Assembly (NCBI RefSeq): GCF_030028105.1
Contig: NC_092374.1
Span: forward strand, 8,608,998-8,672,997
Direction: 5' to 3'
Length of the DNA stretch: 64,000 nt
Source of the DNA: Mobula birostris
Taxonomy: Eukaryota
The notes beneath the pieces were generated by a model. It worked only from the letters and a program-made list of their open reading frames with translations. It searched no databases and had not been told where the DNA came from. Positions 12,570 through 25,317 of the stretch are shown piece by piece. The position numbers and the translations under genes are program-made. Each line of letters begins with the position of its first letter. Positions within the stretch are counted from its first letter, which is position 1.

Positions 12570-13439
12570 GTACCGTGCACAATAATGCTGAAGGCTCTTG
12601 CCGTGACGTGACTGAAATCTGATTCACTGAGACAGTCGGTGGGCGTTGGGAAGCGATTCGAACACTTGAAGCGTCCAGTAGGTATTCGCCTACGAACACC
12701 TCATTGCTGGCGTGGGAGCCTTTGATACTCAGAAAATGGTTGCTAAATTTTCTACATCATAACAGTGACTGCTTCAAACGTGTTTATTATATGTTTACAT
12801 TTTGAAAAACCTTTCGTATCGAAAATACCTGGTAAATACCACCGAATGATAGAAAAATGGAGGGATATGTAGGAGGGAAGGGCGCCACAGTAGCGTAGCG
12901 GCTCAGTAGTTTGTGTCCATTTCTCTTGCATTATGGACAATCAGTTTCCTGCTTAATTTACAACCGCTGTCTGTTATGTCCCCAGTACCTTGCATGTACT
13001 TAACACCCTGTGTACCCATTTCTCTCTGTTCCTTAATAGTCCAGGAGAACTAACATCCAAAGTCTATTCCATAAAAATTTCGCTGCAGCCAAGATATTGC
13101 ATCTGCCATTCATAAAAGGATCTCCCTTTAGAGCAAAGAATACAAGGAATTTATTGCCACAAACTGCTGTGGGTATATTTAAAGCGGAGATTGATAGGAT
13201 CTTGATTTGTAAGAGTGTCAAAGATTACGAGATGGGGGCATAAGAATGGGTTGGGAGGGACAATAACTCAACCACGATAGAATAGCAGAACAGAATAGAA
13301 GGACTGAATGCCCTAATTCTGCTCTGAAGTCTTCTGGTTTTCTGGACTTAATCTAAGTATCGTACTATTTGATAAATATTATACCATAGTCCGAGACCAT
13401 CCTCCTTTCTACCAACACTACCTACTGTATGCTTGGCAT

Positions 13440-14182
13440 TAGCCAAACCCCCCACGCCATCAAAAACACAGCATCCCTACAGTGAAGCATAGTGGTAGCT
13501 GCATCATGTTGTGGAGATGCTTAACTGCAGCAGGTCTCGGAAAGCTTGTGAGGGTAGAGGGTAAAATGAATGCAGCAAAAACCAGAGAAACCCTGGAGGA
13601 AAACCTGATGCAGTCTGCAAGAGAACTGCGACTTGGGAGAGGATTTGTTTTCCAGTAAGAAAATAATCCCAAATATAAAGCCACAGCTACACAGGAATGG
13701 CTTAAAAACAACAAAGTTAATGTCCTGGAGTGGCCAAATCAGAGTCCAGACCTCAATCCAATTGAGAATTTGTGGCTGGATTTGAAAAGGACTGTTCACT
13801 CACGACCCCCATGCAATCTGATCGTACTTGAGCAGTATTGTAAGGACAATTGCAGTGTCCAGATGTGTAAACTGGATAGAGAGCTATCCACACAAACTCA
13901 AGGCTGTAATTGCTGCCAAAGGTACATCTACTAAATACTAACTTAAAGGGGGGGGGGTGAGGTTTAATACGTATGCAATCAATTAATTTGTTTTTATATT
14001 TGTAATTAATTTAGATCACATTGTAGTGATTTGTTTTTACTTTGACATGAAAGAGTCTTTTTCTGTTGATTAGCGCTAAAAAGCCAAATTAAATCCACCG
14101 TGATTCAATGTTGTGAAACAATAAAACATGCAAACTTCCAACGGGGTGGGGGGGGGGAGGGTGAATACTTTCATAGGTACTG
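13440..14182 (+). mobile_element. Tc1-like DNA transposon 3' half, decayed
   Basis: Plus-strand frame reads PTVKHSGSCIMLW...FVFQ*ENNPKYKA...VLEWPNQSPDLNPIENLW (DD34E domain). The right end ...gtactg is followed by TA. Confidence 0.85.
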
Positions 14183-14408
14183 TATATTGTGTGTCACTGC
14201 AAAGCTTCCAATTCATTGTGTATCTGTGCTCATCTCCAATGTTGTTGTCAAACATTGATACCAACGATGATATTTATCCTGCGGAAAATCCCGTTCAAGT
14301 CTCGATCTAAATCCCTTCAAAGGCTGTAAGTGAATGGGGAGGCCGGATTAGGTCTTGTTGTACAACTGCCAGGGAGGTTCATGTTAACTGGTCTTGTTCT
14401 GTCCACAG

Positions 14409-14529
14409 AAAGGGAGGAGACTCATGCACCGCAGGAGGCAGAGAAGACCAGACTTCCAAGAACCAGGAACAGACGCCCCGCCCTCCTCGCTCCATCAGCT
14501 TACCGCACTCTGGGTGCGGGCATTTCTGA
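14409..14529 (+). CDS. Candidate cytoplasmic-tail exon of the plus-strand receptor (speculative)
   Basis: Branch-like gttaac, pyrimidine tract and CAG ending at 14408. The phase-2 frame joins the TM donor to give RKGGDSCTAGGREDQTSKNQEQTPRPPRSISLPHSGCGHF*. No clear homolog in the minus gene. Confidence 0.25.
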
Positions 14530-15669
14530 TCTTATTTCCAAATTGCTTTCTGATTCTCTCTTGTCTGTGTTTTATGGTTCCAGCCCCTCTGACATTCAGC
14601 AACTTTGCCCTTGTCACGCCCATATTGTCCTGTTAGAATTTTACACGGCTTTATGAGTTACCCTTCATTTCTCTCAACTCCAGGGACTATGGGGCCAACA
14701 GGCATCAGTTCTGCTCATCCTGGGATGCTCACTGCACTTGCTCTGTGATAAATCACCCTAACTCAAACAAATTTAAAAATACACAATTTTCAGATAGGGA
14801 ATCACTAAGGCTCTGTACAACTACAGCAAGACATCCTTTCTTCTGTTCTTAAATCACCTTGCGATGAATGTCAACGTAACAGTTGCATTCCAACCTGTCA
14901 CTGCTGAACTCCTGATTTGTACTGTGCAGTGGCATCTATTTCTTTCCTCCCTCCCACCATTCAAAAACAATTTGCATTGCCATATTTAGACTCATACTTG
15001 TGTACATTAAACTGCCTCTGCTATCCATTTGCCCTCTCGATTAACTGCTGCAAGTCACATAGAAAATTCATCCTCTCCTCCTGGCATTGCGCCATCCTCA
15101 GAGCTGGAGGTGTTAAATTTACTTCCTTCATCAACTTCCTTGCTGTCGACTTTGAACAACTGGGGCATAAACACAAATTCCTCTGGTTGGCCTCTAGTTA
15201 CTGCCTGCCACCTGGGAAAAGACTTGTTTCCTCATCCGCTTTGTTGTTAGAATCAGATGTTTTAAATCTAAAGTTCTTCCAGACGCAGACAGCATGGGAA
15301 TTCAAAATGCAGCCTAGCCCTTTTTGAGAAGAGGACCGGATGCAGGGTGCAGAGTGGCCTAGTTCTCTTCTAGCTCTTGCTCTATCACACCGAATAGACT
15401 AGTATAGCACACTCAAGGCCTGTCAGTCCATAATGTTGACACAACTTTTTAACCTACTCTAAGCTCAGTCTGACAGTCGCCTGACTCAGTAGAGTAGCGG
15501 TTATGGCATTGATCACCAGTCAGTGATGAAACTTCGCGGTTGAATTCCCACCGCTGTCTGGGCTCAGGGTGCTGGCTGGTTGGAAGAGGGTAGACTGACC
15601 CTGAGACAATCTGTACTGTCAGTCTCAGGGAAGAGTACCGATAGCTGATCCATTTTTCAATTTCATCAC

Positions 15670-17288
15670 ATACTCTGTAAAGTCCAGAACCTTGAGGAAA
15701 ATTAAAGTGGATAAATCCCCGGGACCTGACAGAGTGTTCCCTCGGACCTTGAAGGAGACTAGTGTTGAAATTGCAGGGGCCCTGGCAGAAATATTTAAAA
15801 TGTCGCTGTCTACAGGTGACGTGCCAGAAGATTGGAGAGTGGCTCATGTTGGTCCGTTGTTTAAAAAGGGATCAAAAATTAATCCGGGAAATTATAGGCC
15901 GGTAAATTTAACGTCAGTAGTATGTAAGTTATTGGAGGGAGTACTAAGAGACAGAATCTACAAACATTTGGATAGACATGGACTTATTAGGGAGAGTCAA
16001 CATGGCTTTGAGTGTGGTAGGTCATGTTCGACCAATCTATTGGAGTTTTTCGAGGAGGTTACCAGGAAAGTGGATGAAGGGAAGGCAGTGGATATTGTCT
16101 ACATGGACTTCAGTAAGGCCTTTGACAAAGTCCCTCATGGGAGGTTAGTTAGGAAAATTCAGTCGCTAGATATACATGGAGAGATGGTAAATTGGATTAG
16201 ACATTGGCTCAATGGAAGAAGCCAAAGAGTGGTAGTAGAGAATTGCTTCTCTGAGTGGGGCCTATGACTAGTGGTGTGCCACAGGGATCAGTGCTGGGTC
16301 CATTGTTATTTGTCATCTATATCAAGGATCTGGATGATAATGTGGCAAATTGGATCAGCAAATTTGCTGATGATAGAAAGATTGGAGGTGTAGTAGACAG
16401 TGAGGAAGGTTTTCAGAGCCTGCAAAGGGACTTGGACCAGCTGGAAGAATGGGCTGACAAATGGCAGATGGAGTTTAATACAGACAAGTGTGAGGTATTG
16501 CACTTTGGAAGGACAAACCAACGTAGAACATACAGGGTTATTGGTGAGACACCGAGGACTGCAGTAGAGCAGAGGGATCTGGGAATACAGATACAAAATT
16601 CCCTAAAAGTGGCGTCACAGGTAGATAGGTTCGTAAAGAGAGTTTTCGGTACATTGGCCTTTATTAATCACAGTATTGAGTATAAGAGCTGGAATGTTAT
16701 GATGAGGTTGTATAAGGCATTGGTGAGGCCGAATCTGGAATATTGTGTTCAGTTTTGGCCACCAAATTACAGGAAGGATATAAATAAGGTTGAAAGAGTG
16801 CAGAGAAGGTTTACAAGGATGTTGCCAGGACTTGAGAAACTCAGTTACAGAAAATGGTTGAATAGGTTAGGACTTTATTCCCTGGAGCGTAGAAGAATGA
16901 GGGGAGATTTGATAGAGGGATATAAAATTATGATGGGTATAGATAGAGTGAATGCAAGCAGGCTTTTTCCACTGAGGCAAGGGGAGAAAAAAAACCAGAG
17001 GACATGGGTTAAGGGTGAGGGGGGAAAAGTTTAAAAGGAACATTGGGGGGGGCTTCTTCACACAGAGTGTGGTGGGAGTATGGAATGAGCTGCCAGACGA
17101 GGTGGTAAATGCGGGTTCTTTTTAACATTTAAGAATAAATTGGACAGATACATGGATGGGAGGCGTATGGAGGGATATGGTCCGTGTTCAGGTCAGTGGG
17201 ACTAGGCAGAAAATGGTTCGGCACAGCCAAGAAGGGCCAAAAGGCCTGTTTCTGTGCTGTTGTTTTTCTATGGTTTTCTATGATTTCT
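15670..17288 (+). mobile_element. 5'-truncated CR1 LINE ORF2 (RT), frameshifted
   Basis: ORFs 15692-16267 and 16255-17034 with RT motifs. Tail ttttctatggttttctatgatttcta. Confidence 0.92.
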
Positions 17289-17845
17289 AACCTCGGAACA
17301 CACGGTACCAGTCTGAAATGAGCAGAAATTTCCAAGTGCGATGAACTTACAGCTTTGAGTAGAAAATTCTTTTTGTCTCCAGCACAGAAGATGGTCATCC
17401 ATGAACGTGTAGACTGGGTGGAACTTAAACCTTCGATGACTGATTCAGTTTTTAAAGAATGGGATAGATTGGGTATTGAATGCTTCCAGGATTTGTTTAA
17501 TGGAGGAAGACTTCTTTCATTTGAGCAAACGTCAGTTAAATATAGTTTACCCCAAACTCACTTTTTATGTTATTTACAAATTAGAGACTTGCTGCGTTCT
17601 CAACTATGTACATTTACTATAAGTTCTAATAGGGACTTATTAGATGTAACTTTTAATTTGAAACCTTTTTATAATGGTTCAATATCCAATATTTATGGTA
17701 CGTTGTTAGGAATGAGAAATGTTCCTATTTAAAAAACTAAAAATCTTTGAGAACAGGATTTACAGACTTCAGTCTCTGAGGAAACTTGGAATGAAATTTT
17801 TAAATTGGTTAACACTTCATCGTTATGTGCCTGTCATTCCCTCTT

Positions 17846-19585
17846 TGTCACAATGGGGTGCTGGGAACGGACCCAAATGCGAGACAGACACTGAAGTACA
17901 AGGAACAGGACTTGACTGGAGTAGGGACATGACAGGATACAGTCAAGGAGCAGGGACAAGAACGCAGAGTTGGGCTAGGGAAAGCGGGACCAGGACTAGG
18001 AACCATGGACTAGGAGACAAGGCTTGGACTCCAAGCCCGAGACTGGACAAGGACTCAGAACCTGGGTCTTGCCTCGGGCTCGGGCCCCAGAACCAAGCAA
18101 GGACATGAGATGGCTTCAGGACAGGACGTGGCTGGGGTCTAGAGGCGTGTGCTTGGAGACAGGCTGTGGTCTTTGCTCTTGAGGCTGGGATCTTGGGTCC
18201 GGAGCTTGGCTGCGGGATCCTCGAGGCTTGGGTTCTCGGAGCTTGGCTGCGGGATCCTCGAGGCTTGGGTTCTCGGAGCTTGGCTGCGGGATCCTCGAGG
18301 CTTGGGTTCTCGGAGCTTGGCTGCGGGATCCTCGAGGCTTGGGTTCTCGGAGCTTGGCTGCGGGATCCTCGAGGCTTGGGTTCTCGGAGCTTGGCTGCGG
18401 GATCCTCGAGGCTTGGGTTCTCGGAGCTTGGCTGCGGGATCCTCGAGGCTTGGGTTCTCGGAGCTTGGCTGCGGGATCCTCGAGGCTTGGGTTCTCGGAG
18501 CTTGGCTGCGGGATCCTCGAGGCTTGGGTTCTCGGAGCTTGGCTGCGGGATCCTCGAGGCTTGGGTTCTCGGAGCTTGGCTGCGGGATCCTCGAGGCTTG
18601 GGTTCTCGGAGCTTGGCTGCGGGATCCTCGAGGCTTGGGTTCTCGGAGCTTGGCTGCGGGATCCTCGAGGCTTGGGTTCTCGGAGCTTGGCTGCGGGATC
18701 CTCGAGGCTTGGGTTCTCGGAGCTTGGCTGCGGGATCTTCGTCTTGAAATGCAGAGGCTGATGCTGAGAGACAGACTGGGAACTGAACAAGATAGAGCTG
18801 GGACTTGTCCTTCGAAAAGCCGGGACTCATCGTTAATACGACACCAACATGAGACAGGACAGTACATAGACATAGAGCGGGGACTTATACTTAGACAAGC
18901 AGGGACTCAACCTCTCCACACCAAGGTGGGACAGGTCCACCTGTTGGGTAACGGCAGAACGGTCGGACTTACCCAACAGAGGCAAAGACAAGACATGACC
19001 CCCACATGGCAACGGTAAAACGGCCTGACTTACTCCACGGAGCGAGGACAAGACAAGACAAGACAGGACAGATCCCCCCCGCAGGCCAAATGCAAAACGG
19101 CCTGACTTACCCCACGGAAGCGAGGACAAGAAGAGACAAACACCAAAGAATAACAGACAGTTCCATCTCTGCTTTGGGGTAGCTCCGAGTCTCAGTTCGG
19201 CCAGCAACTTCAGCAGGCTATGAAAACAGCTGGATCCCAACCTAGCTCGGAGTAGCTGGCAGTCACTCAGCTGGCCCAGTAAACAGCCGAATCCATACTG
19301 CAAAGACAGCTCCGACTGCCAACAGCAAGGCTCCATGAAGTGATGGCTCTCCAACACGGCCTGAAGATGACAAGTGGCCGCTGTAGCCTTCCACCGGCAG
19401 GTTGCTCCCAGGGCAACTGAAAAGACAAACAAGCAGCCCACACTCAACCTCAAGGCTACTTATATTCCAAGCTCCAAGATGGGAATCAGGTGCCTGTGCT
19501 TAACTCAATCAAACGAGGGACAGCTGGAAGACCCGGAGTCCGGATCCTGAACTGAAATGCAGACTTGACGGACCAGACCATGACA
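17846..19585 (+). mobile_element. Solo-LTR-like element with 37-bp array, 5-bp TSD
   Basis: Starts TGTCA and ends TGACA. Flanks are ctctt (17841-17845) and ctatt (19586-19590). Removing it restores the L1 reading frame. Confidence 0.78.
18201..18737. repeat. Perfect 37-bp minisatellite, 14.5 copies
   Basis: Unit ggagcttggctgcgggatcctcgaggcttgggttctc: 14 full copies (18201-18718) plus 19 nt. Confidence 0.97.
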
Positions 19586-19889
19586 CTATTACAATTTAAA
19601 GTGGTTCATAGGGATCACATGTCTAAAGATAAGCCATCTCGTTTTTATTCGGATATATATCCTTTCTGTGATAGATGAAATAATGGAGAAGCTTCATTAA
19701 TTCACATGTTTTGGACATGTCCGAGCCTTGAAAGATACTGGAAGGAAGTATTCCAAACTTTCTCGGTACTTTTTATGGTAAATTTTAAGCCTAACCCTTT
19801 GACCCCATTATTTGGTATTGTTGGAGGAAAAGACTTTATTTTGGAGACACCTGATTTGCATATTCTGGCTTTTATCTCTCTTATAGTGC

Positions 19890-20865
19890 GCATGTGCCGG
19901 TCTTGCATGCAGCCTGTTACAACCGTTCCGATCAGATTCTTACTTTTTTCTTCTTCCTTTTTAACTTACCTTATTTTTCGCAGTTTTTTTTTATCACGGT
20001 AACACGTCGAAGCTGCACCCTCTCTAACATTCTGGTAGAAAGAGTTTTATCTGGGTTTTTAGCGGTGGAAATAGTTACATCCCGACACACGGGACAGAAG
20101 CATGGTCGCATTGTCTATTCCAGGGACCAGCTGCTTGCCCAAATGCCGGCTGGTTTAGCGAGCAGAGTGGCGGACACCCCTGCTGAAATCTAGAGGAAAG
20201 CACACAGAGGATGCGGAGGGGGATCACAAAGTCGAGGAAAGAGGACCGGGTCGAGACAACAGAGACTTATGGAGAAGTGGAGTTCGGTGGGTAATAAAAT
20301 GGACGAGTTCACGGCGCTAGCCAGGCGTCAGAGAACAATTCGGGAGTGCAGTATTATGTGTTTCACTGGGACGGGGCTGCACGAGGACATACCCGATCAA
20401 AACTTCTCCATGGACGGCTTCCAGACCGTTCCGGCTGACCGGAAGTGCACTGAGAGCGGTAAGCGTGAAGGAGTTAGGTGCTTACTGTTCTGGTTAACAA
20501 CGGATGGTGCAATCCGGGTCATATTACGATCGAGGAACGTGTTTGCAGACCGGATATTGACCTTTTTTACTGTTGGATTTCGGCCATATTTCACTGAGAT
20601 ACAACACTGGGCGGCACAGGAGGTCGTTCCTGCGTGTGGCCATCGAACGTGCAGCTCCTCCCGTGGAGGGTCAGACACCCTGAGCCAATAGGCTGGTCCT
20701 GGACTTATTTCCATCTGGCATAGTTTGCATTTTGTTGTTTGATTGTTTGTGGTTTTTGTATTGCTATATTTACGCTCTATTCTTGGTTGGTGCGGCTGTA
20801 ACGAAACCCAATATTTCCCTCGGGATCAATAAGGTATATCTATCTATCTATCTGTCTATCTATAG
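19890..20865 (+). mobile_element. Rex1/Babar-like LINE, internally deleted
   Basis: Endonuclease-like ORF 20269-20691 (SVGNKMDEF...RECSIMCFTGTGL) joined directly to a 3' end with a (tatc)n tail. Confidence 0.65.
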
Positions 20866-22639
20866 CTAGGAGGGCGCTCTTGCTTAAATGGAAGGATACT
20901 GTTCCGCCTACTCATGCTCAATGGTTACGTGATGTTATGTCATGCTTAAATTTAGAGAAGATCCATTGTTCAGTTTTTGAATCTAGCAAAGACTTTTATA
21001 CATTGTGGCGACAATTTTTGAGTTATTTTCAAAACTTTTGATTTGTTGTAAAAGTACAGATGGTGGCTAATAATATATTTCATTATATGATAAGGAGTTT
21101 TCCCCCCTTTTTCTTGTTTTTCATTACAGCTCTGACTTTGGTAGCGGGCTTAGATTCGTTTTCTGTGTAACAAAGTTATTATATTTCAGCATTATCATTT
21201 AATTTAATTTTTATGAATACAGGGTTTTGTGATTGTAACTGTTTTTAGTACAATGTACTTGGTACGATTTTATTTTTTTACTTTTGACTTATAATATACA
21301 TCTTCTTGTACTCTGTATTCTTCTATGCAGAAACTGATAAAAATATTGAAAGAGACCGGTAGTGCAGGGCCGGGTGACCGAATGGCCAACACATATTAAC
21401 TGGGTGGAGGAGGAGGGACTGACCCTGCGAGGGAAACAGGGAGGTGGATATATAGATAGATATATAGATGGAAAGATAGATAGATAGATAGATAGGTAAG
21501 TTGTGTTCAGTGATCAGTTTTGTGTTAAGGTGAGTGCAGTTTTCGACGCTAGCCGTGATGATTGAAGGATAATAACTGTTCCTCAGTCTGGTGGTGTGGG
21601 ACCTAAGAATCCGATATCTCTTTCCCAATGGCAGCAGAGACAACAGAAGATGACTTGGATGTTGGGGTGGTGGACATCCTTAATGATGGATGTTGTTTCC
21701 CTGGGGCAGCGCTGCTTGTAAATGTGCTCAGTGGTGGTGGTGCTGGTGATGGGGAGACAGGGTAGGTGATTTCCTATGACGGATCGGGCAGTACCGATCA
21801 CTTTTTGTTAGTGTCTCCATTCTTGGGCATTGGTGTTCCCTCTCCATTATTAGTAGATGACTGATCATCTCTGATCATCAATTATCCGATCTGCTGTTTG
21901 TAGGAGTCTTTTACATTTCTAACAAACGTTGCACAACAGAGGATCGAAAATAAGGTCAGACAGAGGGTTAGGGGTTTAAAGAGGTGTTGCGGGAATGACA
22001 TTTACATACGGACTGGTTGTTATCTGGAATGTGCTTGATCCATTGAGACAGTCACTTAAATAGGCAAGGTGCAGAAGCCTATGCACCTAAAGGGGTCAAG
22101 TGGGATGCGTAGACAGCGAAAGCTTTAAACGAAAGAACATCTGCAGATGCTGGAAATCCAAGCAACAGACTCAAGATGCTGGAAGAAGTCAGGGGGCCAG
22201 GCAGCATCTGTGGAAGGAAGTACACTCAAGGTTTCGTGCCAAGACCCGAAGTTTGTCAAGGTCGCGGAGGGCCAATAGGGTGATTTTTGTACTGTGCAGC
22301 TCTGTGGCAACACTTGAGAATTTTAAATAAGCACTATACATGGAATAGAGGGTATGGAGGAAACTGGTCCCTGTGTGGATCGATGGGACTAGACAGATTA
22401 GCAGTTTGGTATGTACTAGATGGGCCGAAGGACCCTTTATGTGCTGGCGCTTCAGGAATCTACTACTGTAGTGTTATATCAACCGATTTCCAATCCGTTA
22501 CTTGGCACTGGAAACATGTGACAAAATCCATCTGAAGCAGTCAGGGTGTTTCACTTACTGACCCCTGTAACAGCATTTCAATGAACTAAAAACATATAAC
22601 TTCTTGTAGGTTGGGAACATAAGAATGCGCATTGTGTGA

Positions 22640-23240
22640 AAACAGTAACTAAGCAACGAGCACCTTCGCTCCATCGGCAAAAATTTAGATTTGCAAGCAG
22701 CCAGCCATTTTCACTCCAATCCCATTCTCATGGCAAGATGACAGTCCAAGGCCTCCACTACTGTCACAACGACGCCCCCTTGAGGTTGAAGGAGCAACAC
22801 CTCACATTTCCTTTGGGTGGCCTTGAACCTGCTGGCATGAACATCAATTTCTGCAACATTCCTAATTACCTATCCACTTCCCTCCTCCTCAGTTCCCCAG
22901 TCTGCCACCCCCTTACCTACCTCGTCTCCTCACGGGCTAACCATCTCCTCCGGTGGCCTTCCTACTGTACTTCCCTTTCGCCACTGGTGCGCTACCGTCC
23001 CCTATCAGATTTTTTTTCCTTTCCATCCCTTTATCTATTCCATCTATCACCTTCCTGCTCCGTTCTTCACCTCCCACCCCCACCCACCTGGCTTCACTTA
23101 TCTTGCACTCTGTCCTTTTCATTGAGGCAACTTCCTCCTTCCTTTCCAGTATCGGTAAATGGTCTCGGCCTTAAACGTCTTTCCCATAGATGTTGCCCGA
23201 CCTGCTGAACTTCCTCCAACATTTTGTGAGTGTTCTGCTG
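22640..23240 (+). mobile_element. Degenerate Penelope-like 3' fragment, duplicated in inverse at 30280-30900
   Basis: HSHGKMTVQGLHYCHNDAPLRLKEQHLTFPLGGLEPAGMNINF resembles the GIY-YIG C-terminus of 7331-7633. Confidence 0.72.
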
Positions 23241-24137
23241 AACTATTTAGCTGTATCTGTAGATGTTATTTAAATTCAATAACCGTTCAATGTTATTTAG
23301 TATTTAAAAGGAGACCTCCTCGCCCATCGCACAAGGGGGACCACTCTGCCAGCTCTCACCAGAGAGGTCCCCCTTGTCCCATTCCCTCCCTGCTTCCCTG
23401 TAACCCGTCCTCTCTCATAAATGCCCATCAACTGCCCCCAAATTTCCTGGAAATGATACTCGTGATAATTTAGGTCGGAAAATTAACTAATCATCCAACG
23501 TGTCCTTAGGACGTGGGGAAAGAAACAGAAAATTCATGGGATACCCACCCACAGTCACAGTGAGAATTTGCAAATTCCACACATACGCACCAGTGATCCG
23601 CGTTCAATTCTCGCTGTTGTCTCTAATGAGTTTGTATGCTTTTGTGATACCGCTTGGGTTTCCTCCGGGTGCACCGGTTACCACCCACATTCGAAAGACG
23701 TACGGATAAGGAGGGCAATTAGTCACTTGGATGTAATTGGGCGGCGCAGGATTGTTACCGCGCTGCATCTCTGAATAATAATATAAAGTAAAGTTTCCTC
23801 TATTAGTAAGATACAGTTTACTATGTAAATTCTAGAGCAGGGATTCTCAAACTGACGTTCACGCTCCCCTTTATTAAGGGTATTGCTCCATTTGGAAACG
23901 AAAAGTTTGGGAACCCGTGCATGAGAGGCGTTTCCTGTTTCAGACATGATCATGGGTCTTGAATTAATAAAAGATAAATGAAGACGTTTTAAGCAGCAGA
24001 AATATACTCTGTTCCTCATTCTTTCATTGCCGGTATCATCCTCACGAACCTTCTCTGGACCCCGTCCAATGCCAGCACAAATGTTCTTCGAAAAAGGCCC
24101 AGAACTGCAAATATTACAAGGCATAGTTTAAGGTTGA

Positions 24138-24142
<5 letters not shown>

Positions 24143-24198
<56 letters not shown>
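24143..24198. repeat. (GT)28 microsatellite
   Basis: Read directly from the sequence. Confidence 0.97.
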
Positions 24199-24199
<1 letters not shown>

Positions 24200-24239
24200 G
24201 TGGGGGGGCGAGGGGGAGAAAAGGATGTCGCTTGGAGTG

Positions 24240-24720
24240 AGCAGGGGTGCAATTTGAAAGAGCGGGTAACTTTAATGTGATGAGTGCATTAAGACAAACT
24301 TTGCCGTTGCCCCTTTAAGTTCCAAGAATAACTTTATTCTCTGCTCTGCCACCTGATTCCTTTGTGTCATAAATGTCGGCGTTTTAGCTTAGCAGTTCCT
24401 TGACCTTCTGCAGCAAGTGAAAAAAAGAAGTGTTTCAGGGCCGGGAAAGAAAGGACAGCGATCGAGAAGGCCCCAACACTGAGTTGTGAGTGACGAATTC
24501 TAGCGTTGTCTTCGCAGGGTCCTGGCGTCAGACTCAGGGCGAGGTGACTATAGCTGATTCATTCTTCACACTAATTCCCCCACGCTAACTGTAAGGTCTA
24601 GAATCTGTGGCCACAGCCTTGGGACGTATGGTACCAGTCTGGGATGAGCAGAAATTTCTCTGTCTCCGAGTGTGAGGAACGTACACAGTTGTCTCCAGCC
24701 CAGAATGCTGAAGAGTCCAA
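24240..24720 (+). repeat. Locus-specific duplicated block M, plus-oriented copy
   Basis: cctttaagttccaagaataac...cagttccttgaccttctgcagcaagtgaaa...attcattcttcacactaattc...gaatctgtggccacagcc matches the reverse complement of 32050-32620 and of the three copies at 38.8-45.3 kb. Confidence 0.75.
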
Positions 24721-24964
24721 GTCGCTAAATGTATTCAAGAAGTCAATTTCCTAATGCCAAATCTTAAACACAAAAAATTCTGCAGATTTTGTAAATCTAG
24801 AGTAACACACACAGAATGCTGGAGGAAATCTGCTGGTCAGACAGATTCTATGGAAAATAATAAACATTACTGTAATGATCAAGGGTCTGGGGTCAAAACA
24901 TCGACTGTTTATTCCTGTCTGATCAGCTGAGTTCCTCCATGTTGTCTTAATACAAAGTGATTGA

Positions 24965-25250
24965 GGTGTAAGTATGCTGAAGACTGCAACTAGCGGGGCA
25001 CTGTCTACGCCACTCCGAGCTACCTGGCAGCCTTGTCATCATATGGGAGCCCAAGCATGGGAGGATGAACCCTGGGCACCCTCCCAAGACTATGGTCAAC
25101 ACACTCCTAGAAGACAGCGGTGCGGCTAATGTAGATAAACTGAACACACTGATGAGGGAGAGGGAGAAATGGAGAGTCTGTCATCGTGCTCGACGTCGGC
25201 CCCCTAGTCCTGAGTTGACGTAGTAATGGTAGTAGTAGTAGCAGTAGTAG
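24965..25250 (+). mobile_element. RTE-like LINE extreme 3' end
   Basis: LAGHCLRHSELP..LVIIWEPKHGRMNPGHPPKT...W followed by an (agt)n tail. Confidence 0.6.
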
Positions 25251-25317
25251 TATCCTGAAGTGGATGGTCTGCCATAATCGTGTTGACGGGTGGAGTAGGG
25301 CCGGATGACCGAATGGC

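Larger units (their letters stand above)
17459..21345 (+). mobile_element. L1-type LINE 3' portion carrying two nested inserts
   Basis: FKEWDRLGIECFQDLF...HFLCYLQIRDLL, then CACHSL|LQFKVVHR split by the LTR, then HMFWTCPSLERYW. A-rich end near 21345. Confidence 0.8.

Noticed and set aside
17943-19018. Six long ORFs (177-295 aa) across the 37-bp array
   Set aside because: They are a by-product of a stop-free tandem unit inside an LTR-like element, with no domain, splice context or start context.
24276-24357. Possible C/D-box snoRNA (GTGATGA...CTGA) in block M
   Set aside because: The terminal stem is only about 2 bp. The 32.5-kb copy lacks the D box and the 39.3-kb copy lacks the C box. No guide target was recognised.
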